Source: Candidatus Thorarchaeota archaeon
GTDB taxonomy: Archaea; Asgardarchaeota; Thorarchaeia; Thorarchaeales; Thorarchaeaceae
Assembly (NCBI GenBank): GCA_020348985.1
Contig: CP070761.1
Coordinates: 830,324 to 894,323 of the forward strand
Reading direction: 5' to 3'
Length of the DNA: 64,000 nucleotides
Below, piece after piece: positions 20,819-29,917 of this stretch (its first letter is position 1; the number at the start of each line of letters is the position of its first letter). The notes under the pieces were generated by a model. It saw only the letters and a list, made by a program, of their open reading frames with translations, ran no database searches and was not told where the DNA came from. The position numbers and the translations under genes were made by a program.

Positions 20819-23518
20819 TTGACATCAGCTCAAGAATGGAGAAGAAGACTGGATAAGCTCTCAGGATTGAAGGACCATCTTACATCGATAAACCCAGGTC
20901 TCGAAGAACAAGCAGACAGGGTCCTTCGAGGTCTCTATGATATTTACGCTAAGATATCAAAACTAGATAGCGAGCTAGGCAGCACTTCAGGAGTGAGCGT
21001 CCTGAAGAAGAGAAAGATTCAGAGCAGCATAGAATCAGGTCTAGGTGAGCTCGAGAACGAGTTTATGAAGGCGGTTCGTGACCTAGGCGACCTAATGCGA
21101 AAAGAACAGAAGGCGGTTCTTGAAGTACTACCTCAACTACAGAAGATCAAAGAGAAAGAGGCCAAGGCTCTTGTTGGAATCAAGTTTCCGTCAATAGCAG
21201 CAGGAGACATGAAAGATTTCGAGGCGCTTCTGTCCTATGGAGAAGACTTCTCGAAGAGCTACACAGGGCTTCATCAAAGCCTGTCCAGAGAGGTTCAGGA
21301 CAAACTGGATGAAAACAAGAGGACTTTGGAGACATATGAGCGCCATGTGACCATTGACCGAAGCAAAGTGACAACAACTGCGTCCGTGGAGAATGTCATG
21401 GGCTCAACCATTCCCGAGTTGATCACAGTATTCGACAAGTTGAAGTCTGAGACAGAGTTCTTGGACGGCCGCAAAGACGAAGTCAGAAGGATGATTGGAG
21501 TATCACTCATTTCCGAAGTTGAGTCCCTCGAAGCTTCAAGCGACACTGCAGCTAGATTTGGACTCGAATTGCCAATGGACTTCTCAAAGCAACTCAGGAC
21601 CCTGGCTCGCGATGCGGCCAGTGCAACAGATCTAACGACTCTAGTAAGCCTTGAGAATCAGCTGCAGACTTCAATCCTCAAACTGGCAAATATGTTGAGA
21701 GACAGAATCATCAATATCAAACACGAGGTAACCACGAAGATAGTAGAGGGAGGAATCCCAACATCTTCAGATGTTATACCTGAGGCACCACATCTGGCTT
21801 CAGACGAGGAGGATATTGCTAATCTCCTTGCGGCCTACCAGAGAATGGTCGAATGGAGTGGACAAGTCCAGGTTGGACTAAAAGACACGATAGAAGAGGT
21901 GCTTGAGGATATCGAGAGAGCCACAGAACATCCAGAGGATGCTGGAATAAAGGATATTGTTTCAGTGAGGGAGTTCCTTGCTGAAGCTAGAAAGACCCTG
22001 AAGAAAAGCGAAGTCGATGACATGATCAAGACATATCTTCGCGCAAAATCGATGCAGGAAGAGCAAAAGAAGAACATCACTGACAAGATTAGGGCGTACC
22101 TGGCCAGGTTCAACGAGCTGGCAACGTCAGCAGATAGAGTCCTGGACTACGCCCAGCTTTCGAAGAAGGCTCCTAAAGTTGAGGAGCTCGAGGGAGGCAT
22201 CGTCCACCTACTCCAGTCTCTGACGAGTCTGAAGGAAGCTGTTGAAAGTGGAGTAGCGACCTTCAGAGATGCTTGTCAACAAGAGATTGATGCAATTATC
22301 GAGGACCTACAGACGATAAAGCCGGTCTATGCAGAGATTTTCATGCCAATCGTTGTGGACCTTGAGGAGGGCTCGGGCCGGATTGCTAAGATGGACGAAT
22401 TCGCTGAGTTGCGGTCTGAAATGCGCTCGATAAAGGACTCCATACTCGTGAAGGCGAAGGAGGCGCTGGAGAACCTGCGCTATAGACTTGGGGTCAAGAT
22501 AAGATTGGCCGCAGCTAAACTGATGGGCGCAGGCGTGGAAATACCAAAGGAAGTGCAAGAGGCAATCAGCGAACTCAACAATGTAGGAGTGGCAGCTGAG
22601 AATGTCTTCAGCCTGCCTGCAATTGCACGAAAGATGATAGAACTCTACGAGAAGAACATCACTGACAAAGTGATAGGTGCCCTTATTGGAGAAGCACAAG
22701 CGCTTGTGAAATCCTTTGAGCAGGCTACAACCATTGGTGTTGATCTTTCGAAGGAAATGAAGACGCTTCAGAAGATAGTCAGCGATCCACCAGATGAGCT
22801 TGAGGAAGCTGCTGATGCCTTTGACAAAATGAGAGGGCTAACAACCTCCGATGCAGTACAAAAGAAGATCAAAGAACGTGCCAATGAAGCGAACTCTCAG
22901 CTTGAAGAAGCAATCTCGATATTTGAAGCACAAGGTCTCTCTGACTTCGTTTCTCGTTTGCGCAGTCTTCTTGAGAAGGTGCCAGAGCAGCTCGAGAGGG
23001 GCACTACACATGTGAACGAAGCACTTGAGGTTTGCCTAACGTTGGCAACCGTCCAGCAAGAAATGCTTGGCGTGATAAAGGACATCGCCAAGAAGGACGG
23101 AGAGGAACATTCGAAGGATCTCAAGGAAAAGAGTCAACGCTACTCTACTATTGAGAAGGTCTTTGAGAAGCACCCTGATGACTTCAGCAAGATAATCTAC
23201 CCCGTCTCGAGAATCCGGGAGCTAGAAGGACTTCTGGAAGAGGCAGATATGCTCGACCAAGCAATGACATACTTCAACGAGCTGAAGAAGCTTAGAACCG
23301 GTTGGATTGACAAGGCCGAGAAGATGGATGATTGGCACAAAACACTCAGGATGTACTTGACAGGATTTTCACCTGCTGCAAGCGCGGATGACCGTGATAA
23401 ATTCATTGAGGATGCCATCAAAAAGATAAAAGAAACGTTCAGCAAAGAGGACATAAGCACATACCTCTCATGGGCTATCAGAGTCCTTGCTGAAACAATG
23501 GTAGAATCACGCACTTAG
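20819..23518 (+). CDS. Large all-alpha/coiled-coil protein (~900 aa), function unknown
   Basis: E/K/L/A-rich heptad-like composition; no TM and no P-loop seen. Start moved from 20795 to 20819 on the basis of the SD. Confidence 0.8.
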   Translation: MTSAQEWRRRLDKLSGLKDHLTSINPGLEEQADRVLRGLYDIYAKISKLDSELGSTSGVSVLKKRKIQSSIESGLGELENEFMKAVRDLGDLMRKEQKAVLEVLPQLQKIKEKEAKALVGIKFPSIAAGDMKDFEALLSYGEDFSKSYTGLHQSLSREVQDKLDENKRTLETYERHVTIDRSKVTTTASVENVMGSTIPELITVFDKLKSETEFLDGRKDEVRRMIGVSLISEVESLEASSDTAARFGLELPMDFSKQLRTLARDAASATDLTTLVSLENQLQTSILKLANMLRDRIINIKHEVTTKIVEGGIPTSSDVIPEAPHLASDEEDIANLLAAYQRMVEWSGQVQVGLKDTIEEVLEDIERATEHPEDAGIKDIVSVREFLAEARKTLKKSEVDDMIKTYLRAKSMQEEQKKNITDKIRAYLARFNELATSADRVLDYAQLSKKAPKVEELEGGIVHLLQSLTSLKEAVESGVATFRDACQQEIDAIIEDLQTIKPVYAEIFMPIVVDLEEGSGRIAKMDEFAELRSEMRSIKDSILVKAKEALENLRYRLGVKIRLAAAKLMGAGVEIPKEVQEAISELNNVGVAAENVFSLPAIARKMIELYEKNITDKVIGALIGEAQALVKSFEQATTIGVDLSKEMKTLQKIVSDPPDELEEAADAFDKMRGLTTSDAVQKKIKERANEANSQLEEAISIFEAQGLSDFVSRLRSLLEKVPEQLERGTTHVNEALEVCLTLATVQQEMLGVIKDIAKKDGEEHSKDLKEKSQRYSTIEKVFEKHPDDFSKIIYPVSRIRELEGLLEEADMLDQAMTYFNELKKLRTGWIDKAEKMDDWHKTLRMYLTGFSPAASADDRDKFIEDAIKKIKETFSKEDISTYLSWAIRVLAETMVESRT

Positions 23519-23536
23519 ACATGGAGGCAAGAAGAA

Positions 23537-24922
23537 ATGCAGATAGCTGGCTCAAAAGTAGCTGAAGACGAAACGACAAAGGCGGCAGAAGTCTTTGCCA
23601 TCGGAGTGGGCGAATGCGGCTCGAACATCGTGGGATCCTATCTCAAAACAAGCGCAGACAAGAGATTGCCATCGCGTGTTCGCGGATACCTCCTCATGAA
23701 CACCGATAGAGCAGACCTGACAAAGGTGCGCTCAAAGTACGAGATACCGAAGGAAAACACCATGCTCTATGGTGATAGCGAGATTGGTGTTGGTGGCCGG
23801 TTCATGGATGGCTACAACTCCGTCATGGAGTCAAAGGACATCATCTTCGATCAATTGGCCAACCTAGGATTTGAAGGAGTATCAGGATTCTCAATCTTTA
23901 CAAGTCTTGGTGGAGGAACTGGCTGTGGCGGGACACCGGCACTCATTGAATTGCTGAAACAGAGATTCCAGGAAGAGGAAGGCAGAAGGATATTTGTCTA
24001 TGTGATTGGAATCCTGCCTTTCGAGGGCCAATCAAGTGAAGCTCTCAACTCCATATGGGCTGTGTCCAGACTTCTTCGGGCCCAGCTTCAGGAAAGAGGG
24101 GCCGACCTGACTATTCTCCTGTCCAATAGGACCATGCTGAAGAGAATTCTGACTTCTAGAAGAGGCGAGAGCGTGGACTACCTTCAGAGGGAACTCTCAG
24201 TGGACATTGCCGACGTAGATTCTATTCAGACAATGGTACCATCGACTATCGATGAGGGTGGTGAGGCAGAGCTGAGGACTGAGCAAGCGTTTGTCGAGCT
24301 CGTCAATCCACTGGCACTAGAAGTAGTTGAGTCGATGCTATCACCAGGCGTGTATGAGGGCAGCAAGGATGTCTTCCCAACAACGGACCTTGCAGACTAT
24401 GCAAGGAAACTGGACCCGGTTGTTGTTCCTGCACTCTACACGGATGTGGGTTTAATCCCCGACGCTGGCAGTATGCCCAAGCAAATTCGGGCCATGATTG
24501 ACTACGCAGTGAGAGAGTGCTCTTATGCTGATGTCGGAGACCAACCAAATGCTGAAAGTGTCTACTATGTCCTAAGTGGACCTAGAAACATCTCGAAAGC
24601 AGAACATGGGATGCACCTGAAAGAAGCACTTGACAAGTTCATTGCCCCAGGTGCGGCGATAACACCCTGCTATGTACAATACCACACTCCTGAGAGTCCG
24701 ACCAATCTTCTGGTCTTGCTTGGTCTTCCGAAGATTCCTGAGCTGGCTCAGATTATCAACGAAGCCACTCAGCTGGTTAATCTTCACAGCGGAGCGTCCC
24801 CGCTAAAGCAGGGATGGTTTATGAGATCGAAGGGAGTTCCTCGTAAGGAACTTGTGAGTGCCATTGCGGACTTTCGTGAGTTGTTCAGCTACTACATGCA
24901 GCCTTCTGGAGCACAGGAGTAA
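23537..24922 (+). CDS. Divergent tubulin/FtsZ-superfamily GTPase with tubulin-like C-terminal helices
   Basis: T1 GVGECGSNI, T2 NTDRADL, T3 GVGG, signature SLGGGTGCGG, T5 GILPFEG, T7 TTDLAD; C-terminal W..GVPRKELVSAIADFRELFSYY. Confidence 0.92.
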   Translation: MQIAGSKVAEDETTKAAEVFAIGVGECGSNIVGSYLKTSADKRLPSRVRGYLLMNTDRADLTKVRSKYEIPKENTMLYGDSEIGVGGRFMDGYNSVMESKDIIFDQLANLGFEGVSGFSIFTSLGGGTGCGGTPALIELLKQRFQEEEGRRIFVYVIGILPFEGQSSEALNSIWAVSRLLRAQLQERGADLTILLSNRTMLKRILTSRRGESVDYLQRELSVDIADVDSIQTMVPSTIDEGGEAELRTEQAFVELVNPLALEVVESMLSPGVYEGSKDVFPTTDLADYARKLDPVVVPALYTDVGLIPDAGSMPKQIRAMIDYAVRECSYADVGDQPNAESVYYVLSGPRNISKAEHGMHLKEALDKFIAPGAAITPCYVQYHTPESPTNLLVLLGLPKIPELAQIINEATQLVNLHSGASPLKQGWFMRSKGVPRKELVSAIADFRELFSYYMQPSGAQE

Positions 24923-24939
24923 ACCTGGAGGATTGTCCC

Positions 24940-25998
24940 TTGTCTGAATCGATTAATCTCGAAGAGCTCGTGGACAGACTTCTTCTAATTGCTACACTAA
25001 ACTCAACCCTCGTCCATTTCCTCCTGAGCTCGCAGATTGAGGGAAGTGTGGACCCTGACCGGGTTGACTCTCTGACTCAAGGCCTCATGCGAACCAGGAA
25101 ATGGATGGAAGAAGCAACATTGGCAAGCGATGTCCCCGCATCCACAGCCAACATTATGAGTCTAATCGTGAAGCGATTATCTCAGATCGAAAGCCTGCTG
25201 CCCAAGCTCTCAGAGAGAGCAAAGAAGGCCGAGGCTGCCGGCACACCAGCACAGGAGATTCTGTCCATCCTTGAGGGCGATACAACCAATGTGAGACCTG
25301 TGCAATCAGTGGTTGAGTCCACAACAGGAGAAGCAGTCGTTCCGCTTGTGGAGACTGCTCCACCTCCTCCTGTTGAGCCCTACAAGAAGGTAGACGTGGA
25401 GGATGACGAGTTTGGTCTTATTGGCCAGACAGAAAGAATGATTCAACAGTATTCCAATCGATGTCACATCTTGTTGCCGCTCTTCTGGCTAGAGGTTGTG
25501 CGTGAGCTTCACAAATACACGTCAAATTCACCATTTGTGGGAGATGTAATAGAAATCCCGGCAAGGATAGGAGTGCGTATCGCCAAGGGTCTTCTAACTG
25601 AAGCCCCAGGAGCGCGACTTCTTCAGGACTTGGTGAAGAAGCGCCCCGCAGAGAGCTCTCTTGATCCCAATGAGAGTGAACGAATCGAGAGAGCGGTTGC
25701 CAAATACTTCACGGGGGTCGAAGGGATTCTCAAGGGTGACTCACCCAATCCGAATGACAAACTTGGAGAAGCCCAAACTGCGCTTGACGGTTTTGACTGG
25801 GGCGGGCCTGAGCTGGAAAAGAGGATCATCAAGAGAATCAATCAGCAGGTTCAGGAGTCACTTCAGAACGCAGAGTCAGGAACGGATCCACAGCGTCAGG
25901 TGATTCATGCGGAAGTCACGAAGCTTCTATGCAAGCTTCAAGCAGCAATACTTGCTGAACCCCGATTTAGAGAGATTCTAGCTCAGATGAAGCCTTGA
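24940..25998 (+). CDS. Hypothetical helical protein, third gene of the tubulin-like operon
   Basis: GGAGG SD before TTG, 17 bp after the tubulin-like stop; two helical regions joined by a Pro-rich linker. Confidence 0.75.
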   Translation: MSESINLEELVDRLLLIATLNSTLVHFLLSSQIEGSVDPDRVDSLTQGLMRTRKWMEEATLASDVPASTANIMSLIVKRLSQIESLLPKLSERAKKAEAAGTPAQEILSILEGDTTNVRPVQSVVESTTGEAVVPLVETAPPPPVEPYKKVDVEDDEFGLIGQTERMIQQYSNRCHILLPLFWLEVVRELHKYTSNSPFVGDVIEIPARIGVRIAKGLLTEAPGARLLQDLVKKRPAESSLDPNESERIERAVAKYFTGVEGILKGDSPNPNDKLGEAQTALDGFDWGGPELEKRIIKRINQQVQESLQNAESGTDPQRQVIHAEVTKLLCKLQAAILAEPRFREILAQMKP

Positions 25999-26080
25999 TG
26001 AATTCTTGTTGTCGTCAGGTTCACTTGCGTATTTGATATAAGGGTGTGACCCAAGAATCGGTTCACAAAGAGGGGACAAC

Positions 26081-27487
26081 ATGTCCGGTCTCAAGAAGAT
26101 GCTGAATCCGAGTTCCACAGCAGTTGTCGGTGTCTCCACCTCGAACCCGTTTTCGCCGGGGAATGTGATTTTCCGCAAACTATGCTTCGAGAACGATCTA
26201 ACGACGTATGCTATCAATCCAAAAGGCGGGACAGTCGAAGGGCAGAAAGTCTACAAGTCAATCCCAGAAGCCCCAGGCGACATCGATCTCGTCGTCATCG
26301 CAGTGCCATCAAGGTTCGTTCCGCAGATACTGGAGCAATGTGGAGAAAAGGGTGTCAAGGCAGTCATAGTGGTATCAGGCGGATTTGGGGAAACTGGAGA
26401 ATCTGGGCAGAGCCTTCAGACAGAAATTGTAGAGATTGCTAACTCTCATGGAATCACGATGGTTGGACCAAACTGCATAGGTGTCTTCGTACCGGACACT
26501 GTCGATACTTTCTTTCTTCCTAGCGAACGTGTTGCTCGTCCCAGACGTGGCAATGTAGCAATAGTGTCACAGAGTGGCGGATGGCTTGTTGAGCGCTTGG
26601 AGGAGTTCGCTGAAAGAGATGTGGGAATCGCTGCTGCCATCTCAATTGGGAACTCTGCACAGACCGACGTGACTGACTTCGTGCAATACTTCGGAGATGC
26701 TCCCAAAGTAGATGTCATATTGGCATACATTGAGGGATTTCGAGAGCTTGAAGGACGTAGATTCGTTGAGACGGTTCATTCTGTGGCTCGAAAGAAGCCT
26801 GTTGTTGTTCTCAAGGGTGGCGAATCTGAGGCGGGTCATCGAGCCACACAGAGTCACACTTCATCTCTTGCCGGAGATATGGCTGTAGCTGATGCCGCGT
26901 TTCGGCAGTACGGCGTCCTAAGGGCAGTTGATGAAGATGAGGTCATGGCCTACTCGAAGGTGTTCTCTTTTGGTCTTAGATACATGCATGGTCCCAAGGT
27001 TGGGGTGATGACCGTCAGCGGGGGTCATGGTGTGATTGCTTCGGATGAAGCGTCTTATTACGGTCTTGAGTTCCCTCCCTTCTCGGAAGAGCAACAGCAA
27101 GCTATGCGGGGAGTGATGACCCCGGCCTACCAAGGAATAGCGTCCTTCAGAAACCCATGTGATCTGACTGGTAGTGCTTCGGACATTGACTACGAAAGAG
27201 TGCTTGACAAGATGCTAGAGTTTGACACTATCGATGCCGCGTTGCTGCTCCTGCTTCCCTATGCCCCGGGGATATCGTTACAGATAGGAGCGAGAATCTC
27301 GAATGTAGTGAAGCGTCACAATAAGACAGTAGTAACCTATGTACCCAATCTGGACAAGTATGAAGTGATCATTAGAGGATTTGAGCTGAATGGAATCCCT
27401 GTCGCAGACACAATCGAAGAAGCAGTTCAGATGCTGAATGGAATCAGGAAGCACTGCATGTTTCTTGACAGAGAGGGGGCTAAATAG
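26081..27487 (+). CDS. acdA: NDP-forming acyl-CoA synthetase alpha subunit
   Basis: CoA-binding domain, GPNCIG, SQSGG, SIGN, SHTSSLAG (phospho-His), NPCDLTG. Confidence 0.88.
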   Translation: MSGLKKMLNPSSTAVVGVSTSNPFSPGNVIFRKLCFENDLTTYAINPKGGTVEGQKVYKSIPEAPGDIDLVVIAVPSRFVPQILEQCGEKGVKAVIVVSGGFGETGESGQSLQTEIVEIANSHGITMVGPNCIGVFVPDTVDTFFLPSERVARPRRGNVAIVSQSGGWLVERLEEFAERDVGIAAAISIGNSAQTDVTDFVQYFGDAPKVDVILAYIEGFRELEGRRFVETVHSVARKKPVVVLKGGESEAGHRATQSHTSSLAGDMAVADAAFRQYGVLRAVDEDEVMAYSKVFSFGLRYMHGPKVGVMTVSGGHGVIASDEASYYGLEFPPFSEEQQQAMRGVMTPAYQGIASFRNPCDLTGSASDIDYERVLDKMLEFDTIDAALLLLLPYAPGISLQIGARISNVVKRHNKTVVTYVPNLDKYEVIIRGFELNGIPVADTIEEAVQMLNGIRKHCMFLDREGAK

Positions 27488-27496
27488 TCCAGGGTG

Positions 27497-28627
27497 TCAT
27501 GCGCCTTGAGTGATCTGCAGCAAGTCTATGTCAAGTGACTTCAGTGATTCTGCAAGTTCCCCGGTGATAACTAGAGGCTTCTCTGCAAGGTCTTCGACCT
27601 TCTGAGACCCTGTCAAATACATGGCAACTTTGAGGCCCTCTATCATCCGTTCTATCTCAAGTACTACGTCCAATGATGAGCCTTGAGCAGCAGGACGTAG
27701 CACCGGAAGTGCGATTCCAGCAGCCATCGCTCCCAAGCTTAGCGACTTGGCGACGTCCAACCCTGTCCGTATTCCCCCGGTTGCTATTACCGACAAATTG
27801 GTTGCATCGCTTACCATTATGATGCTAAGTGCTGTGGGGATGCCCCAGTCCCAGAATTCAATGCCCAGCTGCGCCTTTGTGTCGTCATCTTCGCGAACCG
27901 CTCTGAAGTATTCTACTGCAGACCAGCTTGTACCCCCGACACCACCAACGTCTACGCCAGACACTCCGATGCTCTCAAGCCTCACTGCGGCATCTCCTGA
28001 GATACCAGCTCCGGTTTCTTTGACAATGACCGGAATGTCAACCGATTCAACAACTGATGCAATGTTGTCTAGGACTCCTGTAGAGTCACAATCTCCTTCC
28101 GGCTGAATTGCTTCCTGGAGCGGATTCAGATGAATTGCCAATATATCCGCATCAATCATCTCAATGGCGGCTGAGGCAGCATCAACATGAGTTGCCCCGA
28201 CATTTGCTATAACCGGCACGCTGGGAGCGAAATCTCGTACAACCCGAAAAGTTTCTACGAGTGATTCGTCCTCCACCGCAGCACGTTGACTTCCCACGCC
28301 AATTGGAATTCCTAATTCTTCCGCGGCTTCTGCCAGTCGTTTGTTGATGTCAAGAGTGTCAGGATGACCTCCAGTCATTGCGGCAATCATGATCGGTGCA
28401 TCGGCACGCAGACCCAGGAAATTCACAGTGAGATCGATGGAGTCTTTGTCAATCTCCGGAAGAGCGTTATGAACCAGCTTGATGTCCTCTAGCATTGTGG
28501 AGATTCGGCTTTGGACATCTTCTTCCAAGCATATCTCAATATGTTCGATCTTTCTCCTTCGAGTCAGGGCCGCTTCATCGGAATCGTCTGTGCTTTCTGA
28601 GTCCGGAAGTGATTCGCCTCGTGTCAA
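27497..28627 (-). CDS. fni: Type 2 isopentenyl-diphosphate delta-isomerase
   Basis: RRKIEH, AMTGG, GVGSQR, HLNPLQE, KETGAG, GGTSW, GGIRTGLD. Confidence 0.95.
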   Translation of the reverse strand: MTRGESLPDSESTDDSDEAALTRRRKIEHIEICLEEDVQSRISTMLEDIKLVHNALPEIDKDSIDLTVNFLGLRADAPIMIAAMTGGHPDTLDINKRLAEAAEELGIPIGVGSQRAAVEDESLVETFRVVRDFAPSVPVIANVGATHVDAASAAIEMIDADILAIHLNPLQEAIQPEGDCDSTGVLDNIASVVESVDIPVIVKETGAGISGDAAVRLESIGVSGVDVGGVGGTSWSAVEYFRAVREDDDTKAQLGIEFWDWGIPTALSIIMVSDATNLSVIATGGIRTGLDVAKSLSLGAMAAGIALPVLRPAAQGSSLDVVLEIERMIEGLKVAMYLTGSQKVEDLAEKPLVITGELAESLKSLDIDLLQITQGA

Positions 28628-28742
28628 CGGCTGTCCTCCTGTGTTTGCATCTAGGCTTCAAACGCTAGATAGCAATTGTGGTCATGTTGTATGTCTCCCC
28701 AATACCAACTACAGGAAGTCACCAAATCGTTATCACAACAGA

Positions 28743-29030
28743 TTATGCTTGTGCTCTGTCATCCGAAGTAAGAAGAATCTCATCGATGAGCGTGGACACA
28801 AGATTCGAGAAGACTCCTACAACAAGAGCGTCTTTTCGCAGCTCTGCAGCCGTGAAGAGACTGTAGGTGAAACTGGTGCGGTTTGATTCGTCCGAGTTTG
28901 CTTGAGTCAGCATATCACGTCCAGTCATCTTGGAGTAGCGTTCGAAGAGATTGTGACGGTCCGCCATTCGATCTGCGTAGGCCTTGATTGCGTTCTTCAG
29001 GTCACCAATGATAGCTTTTGCTTCTGTCAT
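28743..29030 (-). CDS. Small hypothetical helical protein
   Basis: GGAGG SD upstream; amphipathic helices; no family recognised. Confidence 0.55.
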   Translation of the reverse strand: MTEAKAIIGDLKNAIKAYADRMADRHNLFERYSKMTGRDMLTQANSDESNRTSFTYSLFTAAELRKDALVVGVFSNLVSTLIDEILLTSDDRAQA

Positions 29031-29185
29031 CTAGGTCCCTCCCAATAACTTGCGAATACGTGATTGCCTATGCCTGCATATCATGTAAACCTTGCCTCTG
29101 CAAACGATTTGGGTGTTCTTCTCAATTTGCGCCAGACGAAGCATTTATTGTGCATCACGGACACGACCACATTTGTGGGCTCAAC

Positions 29186-29728
29186 ATGGACGAGGAAAAA
29201 TACCGAGTCGAAGAGACAAGTGAGTCAGAGGAAGAAAGAACTGGAATCCTGAAACCACTCCCAACTGCTGAAGGGCCTGACAACATCGAGATGATAAAGG
29301 GGAGAGCTGTTCCCATTGTCAAATTCCTCGGAATCCGAATGAGAGAAAGTAGAAAAGACATTCTTGTCATGATCTTGATCCCATTGCTCATCGCGATTGT
29401 GGACGTTAATCTCTATGCGCTTGTTGTTGTAGACGTCCTAGAAGAGAGTTCCCTGTACATGTTTGCTGTTCCGCTATTAGCCGCAATTCCAATCGGTCTA
29501 GTAGTCCCCCAGACAAGCCGAGCTCTATTCAGCGCCTTTATGACCGCTGTGTTCTTCATGACATTCTTCTTGCTGTTTATGGCCAGCCCAGCGCTAATCG
29601 CTCCTGAACTAGACGCCAGCTCCTTCATTATATCCGGTCTTGTGGTGGCATCGATTTACCTGCTCTTTATCATTGTTGCCTCATTGGTTGGAACGTTTAT
29701 TGGAGCTGTCGCCAGAGAGTTTGCCTAG
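29186..29728 (+). CDS. Hypothetical 4-TM membrane protein
   Basis: Likely start MDEEK at 29186; acidic N-terminus, then four TM segments. Confidence 0.7.
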   Translation: MDEEKYRVEETSESEEERTGILKPLPTAEGPDNIEMIKGRAVPIVKFLGIRMRESRKDILVMILIPLLIAIVDVNLYALVVVDVLEESSLYMFAVPLLAAIPIGLVVPQTSRALFSAFMTAVFFMTFFLLFMASPALIAPELDASSFIISGLVVASIYLLFIIVASLVGTFIGAVAREFA

Positions 29729-29917
29729 TAATCTGGAAATAGATGCGAACCATCAGAAAACGATAGCAGCCAACGGTTTTTCATCCTTTGACTGAGTTTA
29801 AGAGTAAGAACTGTGAATGAAGTGCAACACATTCAGTGCAAGATTGCTACAAAAGCGAAAGGAAACGATGGGACTCAGAGTGCAAAACAAGGATCAAGTT
29901 AGAAGGGGCTGCCTTGA

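Noticed and set aside
20819-23518. SMC/Rad50 or dynamin-like ATPase/GTPase
   Set aside because: No Walker A/B, signature or hinge/zinc-hook motif is visible.
23537-24922. Calling the GTPase ftsZ, cetZ or a bona fide alpha/beta-tubulin
   Set aside because: The motifs are mixed and there is no canonical gene context; assignment needs a phylogeny, so no symbol is given.
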